Positions 1 to 8,956 of a DNA stretch of 52,364 nt are shown here, piece by piece (the stretch's first letter is position 1; every line of letters starts with the position of its first letter). The position numbers and the translations under genes were made by a program. The notes beneath the pieces are model-generated. The model did no database searches, had not been told where the DNA came from, and saw only the letters and a list, made by a program, of their open reading frames with translations. The stretch spans positions 1 through 52,364 of the forward strand of contig JAITOC010000101.1 of assembly GCA_031290175.1 (NCBI GenBank), in the 5' to 3' direction. The DNA is from Coriobacteriales bacterium (GTDB lineage: Bacteria; Actinomycetota; Coriobacteriia; Coriobacteriales; UBA8131).

Positions 1-78
1 ATCCCAGGAATAATTGCGATTCTGCATAGCAATTTCAACAAGTTCAGTGTTCTCGCGGACAAATCGTGCATCGAGCAT
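1..78 (-). CDS. serS: seryl-tRNA synthetase, first 26 codons only (gene runs off the left edge)
   Basis: ATG at 78 on the minus strand is preceded by GAGGAG. The translation MLDARFVRENTELVEIAMQNRNYSWD matches the conserved MLD..(L/F)(L/V)R.N start of bacterial SerRS. It is absent from the ORF track because it is truncated. Confidence 0.6.
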   Translation of the reverse strand, partial: MLDARFVRENTELVEIAMQNRNYSWD

Positions 79-148
79 GGGTACTCCTCGTCTCCAAGTT
101 GGTTACTTACAGTATAATCTATGGTAATGGTTACTTTAAGGAGCACCT

Positions 149-364
149 ATGACTGAAATCATTAATTGGTTTACGACGAATCTTTGGGGTCTTGGGGCGC
201 TTGTCGTCGGTCTTATCGTGCTGTTCCTGCTTATCGCATTCATGCTGGAGCACAGAACCCGTCGCCTCTACCCCGACCGTAACCGACGGGGCACCAAGGC
301 CGCAAACGCAGCCAAGAAGAAAAAGAAAGCGGCACAAGCAAAAGTAAAGGACTCAGAGGACTGA
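149..364 (+). CDS. small single-pass membrane protein with a Lys-rich C-terminal tail (hypothetical)
   Basis: Strong RBS AAGGAG lies 6 nt before the ATG. There is one hydrophobic helix (LWGLGALVVGLIVLFLLIAFML) followed by the basic tail KAANAAKKKKKAAQAKVK. Confidence 0.55.
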   Translation: MTEIINWFTTNLWGLGALVVGLIVLFLLIAFMLEHRTRRLYPDRNRRGTKAANAAKKKKKAAQAKVKDSED

Positions 365-369
365 GGGGT

Positions 370-1056
370 CTACCCTCCCGCTGCCAGCTCATCTGCCAGC
401 AGCTCCTCGAGTATCCCGCGATCAGTAAGCAGGAATCCGTGGGTCAGGAGAGCGAGCGCTCGATAGAAGTCAGTGCGGGCAAACTTTTCCATCTCAGTGA
501 ACAGCATCGGAGTCCACGAGATGAGATGGTCCAAGAGAAAGTTGTACTGTGTCATGAGGAGAGATGCGGCTTCTTCTTCGCAGCCCTCTCTGAGAGCCAC
601 AAGGGTACGCTGTGTCAATAGCTCCTCGAACTCAAGCTCAAGGGCGATATGATCCTCCCCAGCCTTCCATGAATCGAGCTTCTCGATGTTGTTTGCACGA
701 TAGATTGTCAGTATCTCATCGCGCGCATCCTGCATCAGAAGTCGCTTGCCTGAGGTATGCACGCTCTCAAAGGGGTATGCGGCTGAATAGGCATTCACGC
801 CGTTACCGAGGAATACCCGCGTGTAATCCACGCTGAGTTCGGTCAAAGTGCGCTCCCAGACGGCACTCAGGTAGGAATGAAACAGTCGGTTGCCCGCGTC
901 GACGTCTTCGTTGCCCGTGTTGACGGCATAGCGCATCGCGCACATCTCATCAAGCAGCGCCTGATCGACCTCTTCGCGATACAGGCGCGCGAGGAGCCTA
1001 TAGGTTGCGCCGCGCCCCTCCATGATGTCTGCAAGGTTGACCTCATCGACACTCAT
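370..1056 (-). CDS. TorD/DmsD-family redox-enzyme maturation chaperone
   Basis: 228 aa, with the typical TorD-like pattern (ATYRLLARLY..E.. ; DHIALELEF). The ATGA overlap with the upstream gene (1053-1056) indicates translational coupling. It is the last gene of the reductase operon. Confidence 0.75.
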   Translation of the reverse strand: MSVDEVNLADIMEGRGATYRLLARLYREEVDQALLDEMCAMRYAVNTGNEDVDAGNRLFHSYLSAVWERTLTELSVDYTRVFLGNGVNAYSAAYPFESVHTSGKRLLMQDARDEILTIYRANNIEKLDSWKAGEDHIALELEFEELLTQRTLVALREGCEEEAASLLMTQYNFLLDHLISWTPMLFTEMEKFARTDFYRALALLTHGFLLTDRGILEELLADELAAGG

Positions 1057-1871
1057 GCTGGTGCGCCTCCCTTCACAGATGACACGCCACTCTGTGTCTC
1101 AGCGAGTTGTGCCAAAAGATCGATCCCTATCTGCGTCGTCTGCCAGCCGGGCTTCCAGGCAAGCGCCGAGCAACCATCAAGCTTGTCGATGAAAAAACCA
1201 CTGTAACGTCTGGGCTGCTGCAGGAGGGGATCATCATCGACAAGCTCGTTGAGCTCCTGCTTGGTTCGGGGCTTCTCGACACAGAAATCGAGAATATGTG
1301 TGAAGATGCCGAAGTATTCAGGCTCTACGCCCAGGAGCTCCCTCAGCCGCAGAGCAGGATCCTCGGCATCGACAATTGTTAACGCGGCGGCCGTGGAGAG
1401 CCATGTGCCCTCTGGTCGCTTTGCTACGACGAGGTACTGAATCTCTTCACCCTCGACCTGTTCGACCTCAGGCTCAGGCTCAATGCCCGCTTCCTGCTCA
1501 TCGGGCTGCACCGCCTCGTTATAGACAAGGGCACCAGCTTCTTCAAGCATTTGGCGCAGAAGAACCGGCGTATAGACCGACTTGTTCGTTTTCTGCAATT
1601 CGAGGGTGACCTCGTCTACCTCACCGGGAGAACGCTCCTCACGACAGAAGTCCACGATGGCAAGGAGCACCTTGCGTTGTGCAGGCAGACTCTCAAGCAG
1701 CTTCTGTATCGACTCCTCAGGGCTGAGTTGAGGCTCACTGAGCACCTCGCCCTCATCCTCATCAGGACGCTCGACAAGTCCGATGAACTCGACATCCTCA
1801 TCATCTTCGTCTTTAACGTCAAGCGGATCAAAGGGCACATTGAAACCGAACAGCTCCTCATCACGTGACAT
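1053..1871 (-). CDS. hypothetical strongly acidic protein with an internal two-fold repeat (accessory gene of the reductase operon)
   Basis: Strong RBS AAGGAGGAG. 272 aa, rich in D/E. Two related segments each carry an (I/V)(V/L)DFC(R/V)E motif followed by Y...(L/F)...L...(G/S)AL. No family was recognised. Confidence 0.7.
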   Translation of the reverse strand: MSRDEELFGFNVPFDPLDVKDEDDEDVEFIGLVERPDEDEGEVLSEPQLSPEESIQKLLESLPAQRKVLLAIVDFCREERSPGEVDEVTLELQKTNKSVYTPVLLRQMLEEAGALVYNEAVQPDEQEAGIEPEPEVEQVEGEEIQYLVVAKRPEGTWLSTAAALTIVDAEDPALRLRELLGVEPEYFGIFTHILDFCVEKPRTKQELNELVDDDPLLQQPRRYSGFFIDKLDGCSALAWKPGWQTTQIGIDLLAQLAETQSGVSSVKGGAPA

Positions 1872-1898
1872 ACGCTCTCCTCCTTGAGCCGGTTTCGA

Positions 1899-2774
1899 TC
1901 AATAAAACGCGAAAACCGACACGCCCATCAGGTATAGGGCGGCACGGAAGGCAATCCCTCCGCCCAAGGCGCAGACAAGTGCAACCGCAGCAAACCCGAC
2001 CGTACTTTTAGGCTTGCTCCACTGGAGGATGCCGAGCACGGCAGCAACAGCTCCACCGATGATCACGGCAATCCAGAAATAAGCAGCTAGATCGCCCGAC
2101 AACAGCGTGCCCACAAAGCCGGAGGTATCAGCCATAGGCTTGGTTGGGTTGGTTGGGTCAAAGTAGTTACCCACCGTGGGGAAGCTGACCGAACCCACAT
2201 AGGCGACATACGCGAAAAGAGAGATGATGACCAGTATGCCACCTAAGGCAGTGATGCGTGTATTGATAATCTGCGCTCCATCTTCAACCTTCGTGATGAT
2301 GCCAAGGAGCCAGAGCATGGCTCCCCCAGAAACAACTGCCTGTGCGAGGTAGAACAGATGCAGCAGAGGAGTCGACCAGACGGGGCGAGCAGACATCATG
2401 TAGGATTGCGTCATCACGAGCACAAGCCCAAGGCCGGCGATGAGCGCGAGCACACCCGCCCACACCGGGGTCTTACCCCTGCATGCGACAACAAAGAAGA
2501 CAACGGCCAGGATAACAAATACGACGATACCAATGAGCTCTTGAGTGATCCCTGAGGTCGGATTCCCAAAGCCGTTGAAGAGTCGATCCCAATGCTGGAG
2601 ATGCGTGAATGACGCAAAGCCTCCGATTACCACTGCGATGACTGAGATTATGATTGCCGGCACCTGGAGCTTCTCGCCTTTACCGAGCACCGTGAGCAGG
2701 CCGGTTCCGGCAAAGGTGCCGGCGCCAAGACAGACAAAGAGTGTGAAGAGCACTAATGACCATTGCACTTCCAT
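1899..2774 (-). CDS. DmsC-like polytopic membrane anchor subunit
   Basis: 291 aa, about 8 hydrophobic helices, RBS GGAGGGGG, immediately downstream of the FeS subunit. Confidence 0.7.
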   Translation of the reverse strand: MEVQWSLVLFTLFVCLGAGTFAGTGLLTVLGKGEKLQVPAIIISVIAVVIGGFASFTHLQHWDRLFNGFGNPTSGITQELIGIVVFVILAVVFFVVACRGKTPVWAGVLALIAGLGLVLVMTQSYMMSARPVWSTPLLHLFYLAQAVVSGGAMLWLLGIITKVEDGAQIINTRITALGGILVIISLFAYVAYVGSVSFPTVGNYFDPTNPTKPMADTSGFVGTLLSGDLAAYFWIAVIIGGAVAAVLGILQWSKPKSTVGFAAVALVCALGGGIAFRAALYLMGVSVFAFY

Positions 2775-2777
2775 GGT

Positions 2778-3362
2778 TTACCCCCTCCACTTCATGTTAC
2801 GGAGAATGTACTTGAACCCCGGCTTATTGCCCACATCAGGCAGGGTGTAGACCTTTGCAGGGTCTTCTGCGGCCAGAATCTGCGCTACCTCAGAAGAAGC
2901 ATCCTCGAGGTCGCCAAAATAACGTGCACGGCCGCCGCACTGTGAGACGCATTGCGGCACACCGCCGTCAGCTAGCATCTGCTCGCAAAGGGTGCATTTT
3001 TCAACAACCTTCTGCTCCTCGTTGAGGTAGCGAACATTGTAGGGGCAGGCCATAACGCAGAACTGGCAGCCGATACACTTCTGCTTGTCGATCTGCACGG
3101 ATCCGTCGCTCAGCTTGTGCGAAGCTCCGGTCGGGCAGACCTCCACACATTGGGGCACGTCACAGTGCTGACACTGGACGGTGAGGTAGTACAGCTCAAT
3201 GTCCGGCCAGTTCCCGCCTTCTGCTTTGGGGTTGGGTCCTATGCGCAGGGTCTTGTTCCAGAACTGCCCGATGGGCACGGTGTTGACGATCTTGCAGGCG
3301 ACGGAGCACGCAAGGCATCCGACGCACCGATCGAGGTCAGTGACGATTGCATAGCGGGTCAT
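2778..3362 (-). CDS. 4Fe-4S ferredoxin-type electron-transfer subunit (DmsB-like)
   Basis: Four Cys clusters (CVGCLACSVACK, CQHCDVPQCVEVCP, CIGCQFCVMACP, CTLC..CV). 194 aa. RBS GGGAGGGAG. Confidence 0.9.
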   Translation of the reverse strand: MTRYAIVTDLDRCVGCLACSVACKIVNTVPIGQFWNKTLRIGPNPKAEGGNWPDIELYYLTVQCQHCDVPQCVEVCPTGASHKLSDGSVQIDKQKCIGCQFCVMACPYNVRYLNEEQKVVEKCTLCEQMLADGGVPQCVSQCGGRARYFGDLEDASSEVAQILAAEDPAKVYTLPDVGNKPGFKYILRNMKWRG

Positions 3363-3364
3363 GG

Positions 3365-6268
3365 CTACTCCCTCCCCTCATAGACGGGCTGCCACTCCTT
3401 GAGACGCGGGTCAGCGGCAGAGGTGATAATCTTCGTGCCATCCGCAGCAGCAGGAACAATCTCGCCATTGGGACAGTTCTCGGGCGTTGCCTTGTAGACC
3501 TTGCCGAGATAGGCACGCAGGTTGGTGGCACCACAGATTGGACATTGCGCGTAGCGGTCGTTGACACAGTTGATGCTCGAAAGGCGGAATCCATGGCCTG
3601 ATTCATTGAGTTCGGGATACCACCACTGGTGTTCGCAGTTAATGGTACCTTTCTTGATGCCGTAATACAGATCGGCGACCTGGCGAACCTTACCCCATTC
3701 GGTCTCTATCCAGAGCCAATCACCCTGAACGATGTCGAGTTCGGCTGCATCCTCGGGGTTGATCTCGCAACGCGGCGTAGGCCATAGTTCACGGCACCAC
3801 GGCAGCTGGCGATGCTCAGAGTGGAAGTAAACGGGGATACGGCGACCCGTTGTGACGATGAGCGGATAGTCCTTGTTGCGCTCGGGATCGCTGACTGGAG
3901 AGTGTGGTGGCTCTCGGTAATCCGGCAGGTCGAAGCCCTGACCAGGCATAAGCGATTCGACGATGGTCGACCAAAGTTCGTACTTCTTGGTGGGCGTGTT
4001 CCAACCAGGGGTCGGTGGGGTTGGAGGAGCCCCCATCATGCCCGCGCCACCGATAATGTAGCCGGTCTCGTAGCGACGATAGGTTCCCCAGCGATCCGGT
4101 TCCATGACCTTGGCATCCCACCAGCCATTCTTCTCGAATGTATCGGCATAGTCGTTCCAGCTCATCCCCGATCCTATGACAGCGTTGTTGAGGATGAACT
4201 GCTCACCCGGCTCCCAGTCTTCCGGCAGGTTCCCCGGCCAGTGATCCTCCGGGTCGGGACTATACCAAATGCCCATGGCCTTGCAGACGCCCATGATGAT
4301 CAGCGGATCCCAGAGCGTGTCTGCAGGCGGCTGGACGCAGCGCACGTTAGCGCCGTACGCCCCTGAGGAGCCCTGTGATACGCGTGAGCAGTTGATCTCG
4401 AGCCAATGCCAGGCCGGAAGAAGCAGGTCAGCGTAATCGCTCGAAGGCGCATGCCAGAGATTACATTCCATGATGAAGTCGAGCTTAACCAGCTGGTTCC
4501 AAGCATTGACGGCGTTTGTCATGTTCATGAAGTCACCGGACATGTTCACGCCGCCCTTGACCGGATACGGCTTGCCCGTCTCCATTGCGTCGTACAGTGT
4601 GTTGCCGTCTGACCAGCCTCCCCACCAGCGGTTGACGGGAAACTCATCATCCCCAATCTCCTTGGAACTATCAGGGAAGAAGCCTTGCATGATGGCACCA
4701 GGAATCATGAAGGCAAAGGGCGTGAAGCCGCCGTCAACCGGTGCCATGGTCGGTCCACGCTGACCAGCTGGCGTGTCATAATTGCCCGTGAGAGCGGCAA
4801 TGGCATCGATGGCGCGGCAGTTTTGCACAGCGGTGCCGCCGTGCTCTACAGCGAGCATATACTGGATGCCGCCGTTACCGTAGCCTGATTCAGGGTCGAG
4901 TCGCGTGGCATATGCTTTGGCCGCAGCCTCAAGCTGGTCGGCGGGGACGCCGGTGATCGCAGATGCCTTCTCCGGTGTGTAGTCTCGGCACATCTCGGCA
5001 TAGTGGTCGAGCACGGGTCGTACCTTGATGGATGCCCCATTGCGCAGCGTGACCTCAAACTCGCCGTACAGGGCGGGGTCGATTGCGGGGTTAAAGGGGG
5101 TCGGAGCGGGGACAAAGCCCTGCGCGACGCCTGGTGCGATGTTCGGTTGCCGGGCTTCTTTGCCTTCGGTCAAGGGAGTGAACGGCGGTTCGTTTTCCCA
5201 CAGAGCCGTCTCGGCGTCAAAGTAGGTGAGCCTGCTGGCGATGGTATCCCAGACCATGAAGCGCTGGCTTGAGCCGTCTTCGACAAGATCGCTCTCCTTA
5301 AGCAGCCTGGTCTTGAGCTCCCACATACGACCGGGACCATAGGCCTGCATGCTTGAAAGAGTCGCATCTCCCGGCATGACAAGGAAGGGTGCATTGGTCC
5401 AGCGCTTCACAAAGAGACTGTCAATAAGGTCATTTTCGAGGATGACATTGGTCCAGCAGAGCGCTACGGCACCGTCGGTGCCAGGACGCAGGTTCATCCA
5501 ATAGTCCGCCTGACGACCGATACCTGCCATGCGGGGATCAACAACGATATGCGTATCGGCGAGAACCGCAGTATCAACGGTTACGCGGCATGAATCGTCG
5601 TAGTTCGAGATCTCGGAGGCGCCGCCCCATTGCACGTAGACGCGCGGACGATCGACGGTCGCCATCCAGCTGAATGCGCGCTGGGAGACCAGGCGCGTCG
5701 CATAGTGGCGTGGACCCTTGCAGACCTGATACGCCTGGATGGTGTTTGGCGTGCCCAGAACCTGTGGCCAGGCCATGAGCCCACCCATAGACCAGACGCG
5801 GCTTGTGCCCACCATCGAATAGAAGGTCTCTCCGCCATATTTGTCTTTGAGCTCTTGGATCTTCTCTGCGGCTATCGTGAAGGCCTCATCCCAGGTGATA
5901 CGCTCCCAACCGGGGTCAGGGGCGTCTTTGGGTTGCGTGCGCTTCATCGGATACATGAGCCGATCAGGATGGTAGCAGGCCTGTAGCGAGGCCTGTGACT
6001 TGGAGCAGCAGTTGCCATCACTTTGGAACGCATCCGGATCGCCTTCGATCTTTACGGCTCTTCCGTTTCGAACTGTTACCAGGACGCCGCATTCCATCTT
6101 GCCGCAGCCCCTGCAACAGGTGCGCACCACCTTCACATCATCAGCGACCACATCGCCTTCGCCCTCTGCGAGAGCCTGACTCATGGCGGTAGCCGAGAGC
6201 GCGGTTGCCGCACCCACCACAGCGGCAGCCTTAACAAAACTGCGCCGCGTCATAGTCGACAATTTCAT
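3365..6268 (-). CDS. Tat-exported molybdopterin (bis-MGD, DMSO reductase family) oxidoreductase catalytic subunit
   Basis: Twin-arginine signal MTRRSFVKAAAVVGAATALSATAMSQALA. N-terminal FeS Cys motif CCRGCGKMEC...CC. 967 aa. RBS GAGAGGAG. Confidence 0.9.
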   Translation of the reverse strand: MKLSTMTRRSFVKAAAVVGAATALSATAMSQALAEGEGDVVADDVKVVRTCCRGCGKMECGVLVTVRNGRAVKIEGDPDAFQSDGNCCSKSQASLQACYHPDRLMYPMKRTQPKDAPDPGWERITWDEAFTIAAEKIQELKDKYGGETFYSMVGTSRVWSMGGLMAWPQVLGTPNTIQAYQVCKGPRHYATRLVSQRAFSWMATVDRPRVYVQWGGASEISNYDDSCRVTVDTAVLADTHIVVDPRMAGIGRQADYWMNLRPGTDGAVALCWTNVILENDLIDSLFVKRWTNAPFLVMPGDATLSSMQAYGPGRMWELKTRLLKESDLVEDGSSQRFMVWDTIASRLTYFDAETALWENEPPFTPLTEGKEARQPNIAPGVAQGFVPAPTPFNPAIDPALYGEFEVTLRNGASIKVRPVLDHYAEMCRDYTPEKASAITGVPADQLEAAAKAYATRLDPESGYGNGGIQYMLAVEHGGTAVQNCRAIDAIAALTGNYDTPAGQRGPTMAPVDGGFTPFAFMIPGAIMQGFFPDSSKEIGDDEFPVNRWWGGWSDGNTLYDAMETGKPYPVKGGVNMSGDFMNMTNAVNAWNQLVKLDFIMECNLWHAPSSDYADLLLPAWHWLEINCSRVSQGSSGAYGANVRCVQPPADTLWDPLIIMGVCKAMGIWYSPDPEDHWPGNLPEDWEPGEQFILNNAVIGSGMSWNDYADTFEKNGWWDAKVMEPDRWGTYRRYETGYIIGGAGMMGAPPTPPTPGWNTPTKKYELWSTIVESLMPGQGFDLPDYREPPHSPVSDPERNKDYPLIVTTGRRIPVYFHSEHRQLPWCRELWPTPRCEINPEDAAELDIVQGDWLWIETEWGKVRQVADLYYGIKKGTINCEHQWWYPELNESGHGFRLSSINCVNDRYAQCPICGATNLRAYLGKVYKATPENCPNGEIVPAAADGTKIITSAADPRLKEWQPVYEGRE

Positions 6269-6489
6269 AGATGCTCCTCTCTTTGTCGATGCTTAAAGGA
6301 CGAGCGCTCTCACTCCCCCTTCCCTCACGTTGAATTCCTGGATCAGTTTTCAATGCTGTCCATGCTACGCGGTGCCGTAAAAGAGGTCATCAGTTGCGGT
6401 ATATGATTCTTAAAAATGCTTGTCAACAGGAAACATGATAAACTTGCCTGTGGATGATGGGGTCATTCTCGTGTGGAGGCGGGTTCTTG

Positions 6490-7962
6490 ATGAGCAATCT
6501 GCGCACCTTCTTTACGTCGAGTTTCTCAGCCGTAACGAATCCGACGGTTCTGGGACTCACGCTGCATCGCGCTTGGATAGCGACCTTCTTCTTCTCCGCG
6601 AATATCTTTGTGGGAGCAGACCCGAGCAATACCTACGTCGGGCAAATCTACTCCATCTCGCTGCTATCGCTCGCCTGCATCCTGGTCGCAGGCGGTCTGG
6701 CTCCCAACGCGACCAAGAGGCTCATGGATCTGCGCTTCATGCGGATAGCCGCGCCCACACTCCTCTCCATCGGTTCGTTGTCGATGCTGCTCGTTTCATC
6801 GCCCGACGCCAGCGCACTCCTGCCTGTATCTGCAGGCGTTCTTACCGGAGTTGGGTCGGGCTTCCTGCTGTTGTATTGGGGCGAACTCTACGGAAGCTCG
6901 GAACCCACGACTGCGCAGATCCACTCCGCGCTTGCCTTCATGCTGGCTGCCTTTATCTACGCCCTGTTTCTGCTGTTGTCTTCGAGCATGCTCTACATCC
7001 TCGTAAGCGCCATCCTCCCGCTGCTCTCCGGCATTGCCCTCGCCAAAGCGCGCAAGGCCGATACGGGCGTGCCGCATGAAACACACGCTATTGTCCAAGG
7101 AGAGAGGAGCATGCTCCAGGTAGCCGCGGCGGCACTTATCATCAGCTTCGTACATGCGGGACTCATGGTGGTGACCCGCAACCTTCCGCAGGAAGCGAGC
7201 TCCACGGTCTCGTTCATCGCGTTTGAGATGACCTACACCTTGACCTTGCTCGTCTCAACAATCATCATCGCGTTGCTCATTTTTGTTACCATCTTCCTGT
7301 CAAAGAAGTCCGATATGGGGCTCATCTACCGCTTCGTGCTTCTGTTCCTCATCATCGGCGTGCTGTTCTCTCCCTTTGCCGGTACGATAGGCACCTTGTC
7401 CACCATCATCGTGAATGCTGGTTATACGTGCTTTGAATTGATATTTTGGATAGCACTTTCAAACATAAGTTTCCGCTACCACATCTCGCCTATCAGAGTG
7501 TTTGGGCTCGGCCGTGCCGGCTGGGTGTTCGGCGTGTTTCTCGGCGGCCTCTATCCCCCGCTTCCCTTCGTGGGAATTGCTCCACTCAGCCCGCTGACTT
7601 CGGCCTTCTTCATGATTTCAGTGCTGATTGTATGCACCGTCGTAACCTACACCTTCATCCTGCCCGAACGCACGATAGTTGCCATAACGACCGGTTATGG
7701 CGGACGCAGGGGCTCCCTGCAATCACGTTGCCAGAAACTCTCAAAGCAATTCGGGCTATCACAACGCGAGAACGAAGTGCTTGCTTGCATCGTCAGGGGA
7801 CGTGACACGTCCTACATCCAGCAGACTCTCAACATCTCCGCAGGCACCGTAAGCACACACCGCATGCGCATCTACCAGAAGATAGGCGTACATTCGCGCC
7901 AGGAACTTCTGGATATGCTTGAGCAGGTCCACTCTGACGAGCCTGTTTTGCCAAAGCTCTAG
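6490..7962 (+). CDS. membrane-embedded LuxR-family transcriptional regulator
   Basis: About 400 aa of polytopic hydrophobic N-terminal domain, then a C-terminal LuxR HTH (LSQRENEVLACIVRGRDTSYIQQTLNISAGTVSTHRMRIYQKIGV). The start is uncertain: the ORF opens at 6454, and the ATG at 6490 has GGAGG upstream. Confidence 0.8.
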   Translation: MSNLRTFFTSSFSAVTNPTVLGLTLHRAWIATFFFSANIFVGADPSNTYVGQIYSISLLSLACILVAGGLAPNATKRLMDLRFMRIAAPTLLSIGSLSMLLVSSPDASALLPVSAGVLTGVGSGFLLLYWGELYGSSEPTTAQIHSALAFMLAAFIYALFLLLSSSMLYILVSAILPLLSGIALAKARKADTGVPHETHAIVQGERSMLQVAAAALIISFVHAGLMVVTRNLPQEASSTVSFIAFEMTYTLTLLVSTIIIALLIFVTIFLSKKSDMGLIYRFVLLFLIIGVLFSPFAGTIGTLSTIIVNAGYTCFELIFWIALSNISFRYHISPIRVFGLGRAGWVFGVFLGGLYPPLPFVGIAPLSPLTSAFFMISVLIVCTVVTYTFILPERTIVAITTGYGGRRGSLQSRCQKLSKQFGLSQRENEVLACIVRGRDTSYIQQTLNISAGTVSTHRMRIYQKIGVHSRQELLDMLEQVHSDEPVLPKL

Positions 7963-8921
7963 GTTGACTTCTTCTTCGCTGCCTTGGGAGCAGCGCCTGT
8001 CGGCTTACTTTGCTTCTTGATTGCGCCTGCGGCTGGCTTCTCGACTTTCTTGGGAGCGGTTTTCTTGGACTCGGGCTTCTTGGGAGTGGATCCGGATTCA
8101 AGCTGATAGGCTTCCTTAAAATCCGAAAACATCGTCGTTGTTTTACGAATCTGCTTGCCGAGGGCTCTTGAGCCTTTGTTGACCGCTTTACCTGCGGTCT
8201 TGCCTGCTGAGCGGGACATCCTTCCTACAACCTTGCTTCCTTCAATGGTTGCGTCGCTTGCGGCTTTGCCCGCTTTTGCGGCGAGTTTCCCCGCTGCCTT
8301 ACTGGCCTTCGCGGTCACCTCGCTGGCTGCCTGCGCGACCTTGGCTGTCCCCTCCTTGATGTTTTCTGCGGCGATAGCCGCCTGCTCGCCCGCACGCTCG
8401 GCAAGACCGCCCTGCGTGGCGATATCCATCGCCTCGTTCTTGACGACAAGCCCACCGTCCTGATAGCGAACCAGAAGCTCGGCAGGAATGCTCGCTGATC
8501 CGATGAGAGCTTTTGCAGCCAGCCCATCCGTCATAAGAAAAGCGAGGGGCTTGCCGCTGCGCTCATCATACTCGACCGAATCGATGCTTCCCAGTTTTAA
8601 GCCATCCACAGTCACAAGCGGCATGCCCTCAAGCAGGAGAGCGGCATCCCAGTCCAAGCCCAGCCGCTCACAGGCAGGGATGTCCCAGGAGTCTCGGTCG
8701 ATGGTTGCCACAACACGCCCATCGATGATGCGGTAGGCGTCATAGGCAAGAAAGCGATCGGGGGGCTTATACATAAACGCGATTTCAGGGCGATCGACAA
8801 GATAACCCATAAGCCTGAATGTCTCCGGGTGGAAAACAGCGCGCAGAATCTTGCCGATTCTGCGCGTCCCTTTTCTACCGCCCGTTACACGGGCTCCACG
8901 GAGTTCTCGTGTGTTACGCAC
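7959..8921 (-). CDS. PRC-barrel domain protein with Ala/Lys amphipathic repeats and a histone-H1-like Lys-rich tail
   Basis: GTG start with AGGGGA upstream. The N-terminal about 170 aa resemble a tandem PRC barrel (G.KIG.I....FD......Y.V). The C-terminus is KKPESKKTAPKKVEKPAAGAIKKQSKPTGAAPKAAKKKST. The 3-prime end overlaps the LuxR gene by 4 nt. Confidence 0.6.
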   Translation of the reverse strand: MRNTRELRGARVTGGRKGTRRIGKILRAVFHPETFRLMGYLVDRPEIAFMYKPPDRFLAYDAYRIIDGRVVATIDRDSWDIPACERLGLDWDAALLLEGMPLVTVDGLKLGSIDSVEYDERSGKPLAFLMTDGLAAKALIGSASIPAELLVRYQDGGLVVKNEAMDIATQGGLAERAGEQAAIAAENIKEGTAKVAQAASEVTAKASKAAGKLAAKAGKAASDATIEGSKVVGRMSRSAGKTAGKAVNKGSRALGKQIRKTTTMFSDFKEAYQLESGSTPKKPESKKTAPKKVEKPAAGAIKKQSKPTGAAPKAAKKKST

Positions 8922-8956
8922 GAAGCATATCCCCTGTATATCTGCTTATCGACTGT

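Noticed and set aside
3365-6268. Checked the catalytic subunit for an in-frame TGA (selenocysteine) or a frameshift.
   Set aside because: The 967-codon frame is uninterrupted from the Tat signal to the stop, so nothing indicates a selenoprotein or pseudogene.
6420-7079. 219-aa plus-strand ORF overlapping the 5-prime part of the LuxR gene in another frame.
   Set aside because: Its product is Arg-rich and unstructured. The alternative frame gives a continuous polytopic membrane domain fused to a clear LuxR HTH.
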